From Tolypothrix carrinoi HA7290-LM1 (GTDB lineage: Bacteria; Cyanobacteriota; Cyanobacteriia; Cyanobacteriales; Nostocaceae): 64,000 bases of DNA. Every line of letters starts with the position of its first letter. The first letter of the stretch is position 1. Below the pieces are notes generated by a model. That model was given only the letters and a program-made list of their open reading frames with translations. It made no database searches and was not told the origin of the DNA. This document shows, piece after piece, positions 11,301 to 20,800 of the stretch. Made by a program: the position numbers and the translations under genes. Location: contig JAHHIK010000026.1 in NCBI GenBank assembly GCA_019358935.1, positions 1-64,000 on the forward strand, given 5' to 3'.

Positions 11301-13979
11301 CATGGCAATACTTCCTTGTCAGCCTATGCTTATGTTGTTTACGGGGTTATGCTCTGCGCGGTATTGAGAGACATTAAGTCTGGTTATGAATTTGGCAAAT
11401 TGGCTTTAAGTCTAGTAGCTAAATTCAATGCTAAAGAAGTCAAAGCTAAAGTTGCGCTTGTATTTAATACAGCTATCTGGCATTGGAAGGAGCATGTCAA
11501 GGATATATTAAAACCTTTATCGGATAGTTACTCTGTCGGACTGGAAACGGGAGATTTAGAATTTGCAGCCCATTCTCTGAACGCTTATTCCTACTGTTCG
11601 TATTTCATCGGTAGAGAACTAACAGGGCTGGAAAGCGAGATGGGAAACTATAGTAATGCCATAGCAAAGATTAAGCAAGAAACAATATTGAATTGGAATA
11701 AAATTTTTCGGCAGAGTATTTTAAACTTTATAGGATTTGTTGCAAATCCCTGTGATTTAATCAGTGAATCCTATGATGAAAATAAAATGTTACCAATCCA
11801 CCTTGAAGCCAACGATACAGTTGGACTTTTATTTTTATATTTCTGCAAGCTTCAGCTCTGTTACCTATTTCAAGAGTTTCCTCAAGCGGTTGAAAATGCC
11901 ACCGTAGCAGAAAAGTATTTAGATGGTGGTACAGGACTGATGGTTGTTCCTCTTTTCCATTTTTACGATTCTCTAACTAGACTAGCTGTGTATTTTAATG
12001 TCGGGGAATCTGAACAAAAAGAAATTATGAAAAAAGTAGCTGCCAATCAAGAAAAGATGCGGCATTGGGCAAATCATGCTCCCATGAATTATCTGCATAA
12101 ATTTTATTTGGTAGAGGCAGAGCGGCATCGCGTCGGGGGTGAATATTTAGAAGCAATGGATGATTACGATCGCGCTATTACCAATGCCAAAGAAAACGAG
12201 TACATTAATGAAGAAGCTCTCGCTCACGAACTTGCTGCTAAATTCTATTTAGAATGGGGCAAACAAAAGATTGCTGCAACCTACCTCACTGATGCCTACT
12301 ATTGCTACGTCCGCTGGGGAGCATTAGCGAAAGTTGAAGACTTGCAAAAACGCTATCCGCAATTACTTGCTCCGATTATCCAGCAAGAAAAACTTAGCTT
12401 TCATCCCAACGAGAAAAGCACTGCTTCTATTGGCATATCATTATCTGCCCCTAATACTAAAGAAACTGTTATTAGCTCTAATACCAGCATCTCACAAATG
12501 CTAGACTTAGGGTCTGTGATTAAAGCTTCTCAAGCACTCTCTGGGGAAATTGAGCTAGAGCAACTGCTTTCTACCTTAATGGCAGTTGTGATGGAGAATG
12601 CTGGAGCTTCTAAGTGTGCTTTGATTTTGAGCGAAGGAGATAATTTAGATTTAACTGTCACCGCAGTCGGTTTTAGTTCAAATGAAGCACCTATTTCTAC
12701 AAAGTTTCCATCAGTTCATTTAGAGTCTAGTTATGATATTCCTGTTACTTTAATTAATTACATCAAACGCACTCTAGAAATCTTTGTCATTGATGATGCT
12801 AAGACTGTTAACTTTTTAATAGCTGATCGCTACATTGTTCGTCAGCAACCCAAGAGCCTTTTGTGTATCCCAATTATCAATCAAGGCAAGTTACTCGGCA
12901 TTCTTTATCTAGAAAATAATTTAACCACAGGAGCATTTACACGCGATCGCGTAGAAATTCTCAAACTCCTCACCACCCAAGCCGCAATTTCTCTAGAGAA
13001 TGCCATCCTCTATAAAAATTTGGCACAAGCTAATGAAAGCTTGGAGGAATACAGCCATACTTTAGAGGAAAAAGTAGACCAAAGAACGCAAGAACTTAGC
13101 CAAATAAATCAAAGTTTGCAACAAGCACTTTCAGAATTACAAAATGCCCAAACCCACTTGATTCAAACTGAAAAAATGTCTAGTTTGGGACAAATGGTAG
13201 CAGGAATTGCTCACGAAATCAATAACCCAATTAACTTTATTCATGGCAATATTTCTCACGCTAGTGGTTATGTTCAAGATTTACTAGATTTGATTGCTAT
13301 TTATCAGCAGGAATATTCCAATCCCTCCCCTCTTCTTGAAGAAAAAGCAGAAGAATTAGACCTAGATTTTCTCATAAAAGACTTGCCAAAGCTTCTAGAT
13401 TCAATGAAAGTTGGTAGCTCGCGCATTCGGAATATTGTATTGAGCTTACGTAACTTCTCTCGCTTAGATGAATCGGAAATGAAGCCTGTAGATATTCATG
13501 AGGGAATTGACAATACCTTGATGATTTTGCAGCACCGACTCAAGGAAAAGAGCGATAGCCCGGAAATTGAAGTTATTAAAGAATACGGACAACTACCGTT
13601 GGTTAGTTGTTACGCCGGTCAACTCAATCAAGCTTTTATGAATATCCTCAGTAATGCGATCGATGCTTTACAAAAGTCAAATGACACAGATGCGATCGCC
13701 ACTGACCGCAAGGTAGGACAAATTCGCATTTGCACATCTATAGTAAATTATGATACCTTGAGGATTCAAATTGCTGATAATGGTCATGGCATGAGTGACA
13801 AGGTGCGTCAGAAAATCTTTGACCCATTTTTTACCACTAAACCGATAGGAAGTGGTACGGGGTTGGGGTTGTCAATTAGCTATCAGGTTGTTGTTGACAA
13901 ACACAAAGGTAAGTTAACCTGTGATTCCACCCCTGGAAAGGGAACTGAGTTTGTAATTGAGATTCCGCTACAACAGTGA
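8367..13979 (+). CDS. Ser/Thr kinase - AAA ATPase - GAF - histidine kinase multidomain sensor
   Basis: HKDIKPANIL, Walker A GSSGIGKT, FLDDLQW, GAF (GILYLENN), H-box AHEINNP and GTGLGL. Confidence 0.93.
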   Translation: MVALLDTLFTLTGYRFTEQIYSGSKTIVCRGIREQDQKSVIIKLMRNEYPTFNEIAQFRNQYTISKNLNLTGIVKPYELETYRNGYALILEDFGGISLKDALLFKSEEGKNPNFLDRFFHIAIEITSTLEGMHRNRVIHKDIKPANILINPSTLEVKLIDFSIASLLPREIQFITNPNVLEGTLAYISPEQTGRMNRGIDYRSDFYSLGVTFFELLTGKLPFITADSMELVYCHIAKLPPKANSINPDIPPILSEIISKLMAKNAEDRYQSALGLKHDLEVSRQQWQETGNIAFFELAQQDICDRFLIPEKLYGRQREVKTLLAAIDRVTSGTTEMILVAGSSGIGKTAVVNEVHKPIVRQRSYFIKGKFDQFQRDIPLSALVQAFRDLIGQLLSETDAQIEYWKIKILSVLGEQGQVITDVIPELESIIGRQQPVTELSGNAIQNRFNFLFQKFIRVFTTKDHPLVIFLDDLQWADSTSLKFIELLMSETTTVNQNPSLSSLLLGETNKDRETDGGLLLIGAYRDNEVDKAHPLELTIKQIELSQAIINTITLEPLNQGDLNLLIADTMRCEEKVAIPLTQMVFAKTKGNPFFTHQFLKCLHSDGLIEFNFELGYWQCDIPQVKALALTDDVVEFMALQLMKLPSHTQKVLKLAACIGNEFDLKTLTIIHEESAVDTASDMWQALIEGLVFPQAEFYKFFDKNANSQKAINHDKELSLPKYKFVHDRVQQAAYSLIPEDKKQSIHLKIGELLLRNIPVAEQEEKIFDLVNQFNMALPLITLQDERDGLARMNLIAGRKALASTAYPAAVKYLTTGIELLTDDSWERKYELALGLYETAAEAAYLGGDFEQTEQLAEVVLTRAKTLLEKVKVYEVKIQADGAQNQALKAVNTALIVLKQLGVEFSENPSQSDVQLAMAEIASGLTDRSIEDLINLPEMTENKILAVMGILSSSITLAYQATPNLFPLITLKQINLSCKHGNTSLSAYAYVVYGVMLCAVLRDIKSGYEFGKLALSLVAKFNAKEVKAKVALVFNTAIWHWKEHVKDILKPLSDSYSVGLETGDLEFAAHSLNAYSYCSYFIGRELTGLESEMGNYSNAIAKIKQETILNWNKIFRQSILNFIGFVANPCDLISESYDENKMLPIHLEANDTVGLLFLYFCKLQLCYLFQEFPQAVENATVAEKYLDGGTGLMVVPLFHFYDSLTRLAVYFNVGESEQKEIMKKVAANQEKMRHWANHAPMNYLHKFYLVEAERHRVGGEYLEAMDDYDRAITNAKENEYINEEALAHELAAKFYLEWGKQKIAATYLTDAYYCYVRWGALAKVEDLQKRYPQLLAPIIQQEKLSFHPNEKSTASIGISLSAPNTKETVISSNTSISQMLDLGSVIKASQALSGEIELEQLLSTLMAVVMENAGASKCALILSEGDNLDLTVTAVGFSSNEAPISTKFPSVHLESSYDIPVTLINYIKRTLEIFVIDDAKTVNFLIADRYIVRQQPKSLLCIPIINQGKLLGILYLENNLTTGAFTRDRVEILKLLTTQAAISLENAILYKNLAQANESLEEYSHTLEEKVDQRTQELSQINQSLQQALSELQNAQTHLIQTEKMSSLGQMVAGIAHEINNPINFIHGNISHASGYVQDLLDLIAIYQQEYSNPSPLLEEKAEELDLDFLIKDLPKLLDSMKVGSSRIRNIVLSLRNFSRLDESEMKPVDIHEGIDNTLMILQHRLKEKSDSPEIEVIKEYGQLPLVSCYAGQLNQAFMNILSNAIDALQKSNDTDAIATDRKVGQIRICTSIVNYDTLRIQIADNGHGMSDKVRQKIFDPFFTTKPIGSGTGLGLSISYQVVVDKHKGKLTCDSTPGKGTEFVIEIPLQQ

Positions 13980-13990
13980 GATGGTAGTCG

Positions 13991-15397
13991 CTAAAGGGCA
14001 GGTGTAGCTGCCGTAGTCGCTCTTGACTCTTGCCGCGCACGCCGCCCTGTAAGTATCATCTTGACTCCACTCGCAGGCGCAAGTGTAAAACCTCGTCTTT
14101 GAAGTCTCTCTGGTTGATTATCAGCCAAAGCAAGTTGATAGTGTGACAGGATTGTTGCCAATACTAGCTTCATTTCAAACATAGCTAAAGTCTCGCCAAT
14201 ACAGCGACGGACTCCACCACCAAAGGGCATAAATTCATAGGGAGAAAATTGGCGTTCTAAAAAGCGCTTTGGCTTAAACTGCTCAGGTTCTGGATATAAG
14301 TCTTCACGGCGATGAGTTAGATAAATACTATTAAGTAATACAGTCCCAGGCTCTAAGGGATGTCCCAGTAGTTCACAGGGTTGTTGAACTACTCTGGGGA
14401 AAGAGAACATCACAACAGGGGTAATTCGCAAAGTTTCATTACAGACGGCGGTGAGATAAGGCAACCGGAAAATGCTCATAGGATCTGGGGAATCACCAAG
14501 AGCATCCAATTCTTGAAGCAGTTTTTCACGAACTTGAGGCAAATGGTGAATCCAGTACAATGCCCAAGCCATTGATGTTGATGTCGTTTCATATCCGGCA
14601 AGCATCAGGGTTATCAACTGATCGCGCAATTCCCGATCTGTCATCAGTTGATCTTCTTCATCTCGAACTGACATCAACAAGGAGAGAATATCAATTTTCT
14701 CTGGATCGGGTTTCTCCCTGCGTTCAGCAATTTCAACATAGAGCAATTCATCAATTTGCTGCCGATCGCGCAGAAATTTTCCCCAAGGACTCCAAGCTCC
14801 TAGATCTTTTTGTAAAAACGAGAAAAAGAATAAACTAGACGTGAGTGGAGATTTAAAAGAATCCAACAGCAAGGGCATTAAATGCTTGAGTTGTTCGGAT
14901 CTTCCTTTGTCATACACGCCGAAGACAGTTTGTAAGATAACTTGTAGCGATATATCCTGTGTGATATTACGAGCCGAGAAGAGTTTGTTTAGTGGTAACT
15001 GACTAAGGATTTTTTCGGTCAGATTAGTGATTATCTGACCATAAGCTTGCATCCGTTCTCCATGAAAGGAGGGCATCATAAGTTGTCGCTGTCGTTTGTG
15101 GCGATCGCCATCCAGCATTAGAAGTGAATAGTTCCCTACAAAGGGTTGCATAATTTTGTTCAATTCACCAAGAGCGGCAAACTTCTTGCGATCGTTAGTT
15201 AGAATTTCTTGAATTGCCTGCGGATGATTCACGAACACCACAGTGTCCCCAAAACCAACTACCTCAGCAGTGAAAATGTCAGGAAATTCCTGACCTGCTT
15301 TTTCCATATATCCTACAGGGTCAGCAACCCACTGGAGCTTTTGAAGAAAAGAGGGGGTTTTAAGAATATTGGGTAGTTGATGTGATTTTTTATGCAT
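13991..15397 (-). CDS. Cytochrome P450 (CYP110-like)
   Basis: AGYETT I-helix, ETLR, and heme motif FGGGVRRCIG. Confidence 0.93.
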   Translation of the reverse strand: MHKKSHQLPNILKTPSFLQKLQWVADPVGYMEKAGQEFPDIFTAEVVGFGDTVVFVNHPQAIQEILTNDRKKFAALGELNKIMQPFVGNYSLLMLDGDRHKRQRQLMMPSFHGERMQAYGQIITNLTEKILSQLPLNKLFSARNITQDISLQVILQTVFGVYDKGRSEQLKHLMPLLLDSFKSPLTSSLFFFSFLQKDLGAWSPWGKFLRDRQQIDELLYVEIAERREKPDPEKIDILSLLMSVRDEEDQLMTDRELRDQLITLMLAGYETTSTSMAWALYWIHHLPQVREKLLQELDALGDSPDPMSIFRLPYLTAVCNETLRITPVVMFSFPRVVQQPCELLGHPLEPGTVLLNSIYLTHRREDLYPEPEQFKPKRFLERQFSPYEFMPFGGGVRRCIGETLAMFEMKLVLATILSHYQLALADNQPERLQRRGFTLAPASGVKMILTGRRARQESRATTAATPAL

Positions 15398-15615
15398 AAT
15401 TTTTGCTAATATTTTACCCGCACTTCTGGAATAATACCACTCTGCTTTGGATCTGCAATATTTAAGATTTCCCTAACCTCTTTGAGAAATGAGGTTAGGG
15501 GAAAATAAAGTATTCACAGAAAAATATTGGGTTTATCTGTGGTAAACTTTGGTGAAATGGTATGACTATTGCTCAAAAAAGCCTGGAAAAATTTTCTGAT
15601 TGAATTGGAAAAGAC

Positions 15616-16614
15616 TTAACATTTAAGTAGTTCTAAATCTTTTAGTTTTAAACTTTCTAGCTCTAAATTTTCTCTATTTTGATAGCGAGCAGAGCCAGAA
15701 GACCAATCGAGATTACCACGTATCCAGGCGTGCATTACGGATATGTATTTTGCTAGTTCAGCATCTACCTCTGACCCAAACAATGGAAGAGATTTTTCTA
15801 AACTCATCATTGTTCTTACATCTTGATCGTGCATATTAGCAGTTATGTGAAGCGCTTGTTCAATAGGCATTTCCTGATGATGATGCAAAACTAATATTAG
15901 ATTGTGAACATCAGAATTTGCCTTTTCCCTGGATAGCGAAAAAATATCGTTACACCAAGTAATAATGTTAACTGTCATTAGTTTGAACTTGAGCACAATA
16001 TCGTGCTTTCGTAAAAAATCTGGAATCATCAACTGATTACACAATTCACTCACTGTAATGAAAAGATTTACCCCTACACTTGACCTACGTATTTTAAGAT
16101 AAGTGTCTAGATCGGGCACAATTCCTTGTACGCGGCAAATAGCTTCTTGAACACATCCGTGGAAGTAATCTTCAAAACACCAAACTAAGTGATCGAAAGA
16201 TTGTAAGCTTGATATTTCCAGTGTCCGCTGTCGTAAGTCTCTTAAAGCATAACAATGGAGTATATCCTTGCTCGTAGGTTCTGACCCATTTAATATTTCC
16301 AGAAATCTCTTGTGATGAGACTTTAGCAATTCAGGTTGTTTTTTTAATTCTGACAGATCGCATTGGTCATCCCAAATAAAGACCCAACTCAACCAGTCAT
16401 TTCCAATCTTCAGTTCTTCAAGTTGGCAGTTGGGGTATGCACCTGCGGCTAGTAAAAAAAACTTGGACTTGCGAAAACGCTGATAAACTGATTCATTGTG
16501 TAAGAGGTTGAAGCGACGCAGCCATTCCATTGAATAATCTTCCAAAACATCAGCATACTTGTTTATTTGCGATGGAAATGGGCAGTATAATTCAGGCAGA
16601 ATGAATTCGTTCAT
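15616..16614 (-). CDS. Class I terpene synthase (probable sesquiterpene cyclase)
   Basis: DDQCD aspartate-rich motif, NDIFSLSRE (NSE) motif, WIRGNLDWS and RY. Start MNEFILPELYCPFP. Confidence 0.92.
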   Translation of the reverse strand: MNEFILPELYCPFPSQINKYADVLEDYSMEWLRRFNLLHNESVYQRFRKSKFFLLAAGAYPNCQLEELKIGNDWLSWVFIWDDQCDLSELKKQPELLKSHHKRFLEILNGSEPTSKDILHCYALRDLRQRTLEISSLQSFDHLVWCFEDYFHGCVQEAICRVQGIVPDLDTYLKIRRSSVGVNLFITVSELCNQLMIPDFLRKHDIVLKFKLMTVNIITWCNDIFSLSREKANSDVHNLILVLHHHQEMPIEQALHITANMHDQDVRTMMSLEKSLPLFGSEVDAELAKYISVMHAWIRGNLDWSSGSARYQNRENLELESLKLKDLELLKC

Positions 16615-17860
16615 AAAAACTCCAGGAATCAAAGGTAAACACACCAGAAAGGGAAACACAATAAATTGACTTCTTGTTAATGCTTGGCAGATAACAGTTC
16701 GCTCTTTACAATTGAAAATCCCAAAAACTGGTATTATCAATTGTGGATCTCCAAAATTGAAACCCTGGCAACGCACCATCTTCCTTAGCCACAACAGAAG
16801 TTCACAAAAACTGAACCTAATTTGAAGAAATCTTTGTTCATATCTGCGAAACTCATTACAATAAAGAAACGCAGAGAAGACAAACTAATCTTTTTAGGTT
16901 TATGCTTTTGTATTGTCAAATTTTCGGTAATAGAATAGGGCTAACTATTACCTCTTGTTCTCACTGAATGCGAGAATTTGTTTTATATTTATTGCCCAAT
17001 ATTTCAATGATTCAATTTTGACCTAAATCAACTACACCGCATTTTGTGAGCGCGTAAAACTGAGCGTTTATGCTGCTAAATGTGGTGTTTGAATGTCAAA
17101 AGTTCATTGGTTTAATTCTAATGTTTTTATTAAAAATCGTATCCGTAATTAAGCTTAATTGTAAAGATAATTTCACATATAAAGATACATCGTTACATTA
17201 AAGACATATACTGAAACATAGTACTTGATATAAAGTATTACAGTTTTTCTCAGAATCACTGCTGTTTGTTTCAGAAGAAAAGTGCGATCGCCAAAATTTT
17301 TTTGACTGAAAAAGCCTGATTTCAAATAGTTACGGCTGTTTACAACAATTGAAAACGCCAATTTTCAAGTTTACTTAACTTTACAATTTTATGTTAAACA
17401 AATCACAATCTAAATTAGTATATTTTCCAAAATGTCAAAATTTCCTGACATAACCGCCGAAGAAAATGTTTTGTCATTTAGCAAAATCAGAAAATCTCTA
17501 ACCGAAAATTTACAAATTATCTATCTATTTGTAGATGCGAAGGTATGTAACAGTCTTAAGTAATAAATTGAACATCAAGCAAATATGAGAATAAAAACAA
17601 GCAAAGATAATCCTAATTGATGATGACAAATTAACCCAGCTTGATGTATTGCATTAACTACAAGCTAAAGAAAGAGCGTAGACGCTGCATCGGTGAGGCA
17701 GTCGCAGACAAGCGCGGTTTCCGTCGCTTAACCAGAATGCGCGATCGCTCTTTCAAATCGTTAGATAGTGAAAATTGGTGTGGGTTTGGGAAAACTGAGT
17801 GAACAGGACAACCTTTAAGTTGCTTTGGTTCTTAGTTGCACTCAACACTCAGGTATAAAC

Positions 17861-20800
17861 ATGACAAACATCAATATTTCTCTTCCTGGCTATCGCATCC
17901 AAGGTGAGTTTATCTACTCCGGCAATAGAACTTTAGTTTATCGCGGGTTGCGGGAGTGCGATCGCCAACCTGTCATCATCAAACTGCTGAATAGCGAATA
18001 TCCCAGTTTCAGCGAACTGGTGCAATTCCGCAACCAATATACTATTGCCAAAAATCTTAATATTCCTGGTATCGTCAAAGCCTACAACTTAGAAACCTAC
18101 CGCAACAGCTATGCACTGGTGATGGAGGATTTTGGCGGTATTTCCCTCAAGGAGTGGAAAGTAGGGAAATCTGATTCTTTAAGTGAATTTTTGCACATAG
18201 CGATTCAAATTGTCTCTGCTTTAGAAGGACTGCATCGCGATCGCATTATTCATAAAGACATCAAACCCGCGAATATTTTGATTAACACCTCTACAGGTGA
18301 AGTTAAACTGATCGACTTTAGCATAGCCTCCCTTTTGCCTAGAGAATTTCCAGAAATTCAAAATCCTAACATTCTCGAAGGTACTCTGGCTTATCTTTCT
18401 CCTGAACAAACCGGACGGATGAACCGAGGTATTGATTACCGCAGCGATTTTTATTCGCTTGGTGTCACTTTTTTTGAACTCCTCACCGGACAGTTACCAT
18501 TTACTTCTAACGATCCGATGGAGTTAGTTCACTTTCATATTGCCAAGCTTGCACCTTTAGTTGAAGACTTGAATGCTTCAATTCCGCACATTTTGTCTTT
18601 AATCGTCAACAAGCTGATGGCGAAAAATGCCGAAGACCGCTATCAAAGTGCTTTCGGGTTAAAGTATGATTTGCAAGTATGCTTAAAGCAGTGCCAAGAG
18701 ACTGGAAATATTGCCAACTTCGAGTTAGGAATGCGGGATGTATGCGATCGCTTCGTCATTCCCGAAAAACTCTATGGTCGTGACAAAGAAGTCGCCACCT
18801 TATTAGCAGCATTTGACCGAGTATGTAGGGGCGAAATTACTCCACCCGGAGAAAATTTTGCAGAAATCTCAAATCACGCCACATGCTTCAACGGAGGTTC
18901 CCAAATCGAACTAATGCTAATAGCAGGATCTTCTGGTATTGGCAAAACTGTTGTTGTTAACGAAGTCCACAAACCCATCGTTAAACAGCGGGGTTACTTC
19001 ATCAAAGGTAAATTTGACCAATTCCAACGTAACATTCCCTTTTTTGGATTTGTCCAAGCTTTTCAAGATTTAATTGAACAATTGCTAGGTGAAAATAATA
19101 CCCAAATCGCCGCCTGGAAAACTAAAATTCTGACAGCATTAGGCGAAAATAGTCAAGTAATCATTGATGTTATCCCCGAACTCGAACGCATCATTGGCAA
19201 GCAATCGACTGTTCCGGAATTATCGGCAAGTGCAGCACAAAATCGGTTTAATTTGCTGTTCCAAAAGTTTATCCAAGTCTTCACCACACCAGAACATCCC
19301 TTAGTCATTTTTCTGGATGATTTGCAATGGGCAGATTTGGCTTCTTTCAAATTAATTCAACTATTAATGAGTCAAGCAGAAAAAGGTTATTTGCTGTTAA
19401 TTGGTGCTTACCGAGATAATGAGGTTACTGCAACACATCGTTTAATGTTGACATTAGATGAAATCAGTACAACTCAAGCAATAATCAACACCATTACTTT
19501 AACGCCTCTTCAACCTAGCGATTTAAATCATCTGATTGCTGACACCTTCAAATGTTCATCAGAACTTACACAACCCCTCACAGAACTAGTCTATCAAAAA
19601 ACCAAAGGTAATCCATTTTTTAGCAATCAATTTCTGAAATTATTGCATGAAGACAGAATTATCAACTTTAACTTTGATGAAGGTTATTGGCAGTGTGATA
19701 TAGCTCAAGTAAAAACCTTAGCTTTCAACGATGATGTAGTTGAGTTTATGGCGCTTCAGTTACAGAAGTTGCCAAACAGCACTCAAGAAATTTTGAAACT
19801 TGCCGCTTGTATTGGCAACCAATTTGACTTAGCCACTTTAGCAAGTGTGTCTGAAAAATCTCAGGTAGAAGCGGCAACTGATTTATGGAAAGCATTGCAA
19901 GAAGGGTTAGTTTTCCCTACTAGCAAAGTTTACAAATTTTTTCAAGATGATAATCAAGATACCAAATTACCAATTACCAATGACCAATTAGCAAATTATA
20001 AATTCCTTCATGACCGAGTGCAGCAAGCTGCTTATTTGCTCATTCCGTCAGACTGCAAACAAGAAACTCACCTAAAAATTGGGCAATTATTGTTGAAAAA
20101 TACTTTAGAAGCAGAACGAGAAGAGAGAATTTTTGAGATTGTTAATCAGTTGAATTACGCGGTGGAAATAATCACCGTTCAGTCAGAAAAAGATGAACTG
20201 GCAAAGTTGAATTTGATAGCAGGACTTAAAGCTAAAGCTTCTACTGCCAATGCTGCTGCTGTTGAGTATTTGATTCTGGGAATAAAACTGCTTTCTGTTA
20301 ATAGTTGGGAAACGAACTACGACTTAAGTCTAGCACTACATGAAACAGCAGCAGAAGCGGCATTCCTCAGCGGCGACTTTGAGCAGATGAAGCAATTATC
20401 ACAAGTTGTGCTGCAACAAGCGAAGAACCTGTTAGATAAAGTGAAAGTTTATGAAATCCAAATCGTTGCTTGTATAGTCCAAAGTCAACAACTAGAAGCA
20501 ATTCAAATAGGGCTATCTATTCTGAAGTTGTTAGGAATCGAACTACCAGATAAACCATTAGAATCAGATTTTACACAGGCATTAGAGGAAGTTACAACCA
20601 GTTTGCAAGGTAAAGAAATTGAGGAGTTAATTGAATTACCTCCGATGATTGAACTTAATTGCAAAGCAGCGCTACGGCTTTTATCAAGTATGTACCCTGC
20701 TGCCCAGCAAGCTGTTCCTGAACTGATGCTACTGATTACATTTAAGATGGTCTATTTATCAGTTAAATATGGAAATGCTCCTGAGTCTAGTTTTGCTTAT

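Noticed and set aside
16615..16794. N-terminal extensions given by the ORF track (terpene synthase; also natD, lipA, aroQ, caspase, M23)
   Set aside because: Family homology begins at downstream starts; several extensions are repeat-derived or overlap other features.
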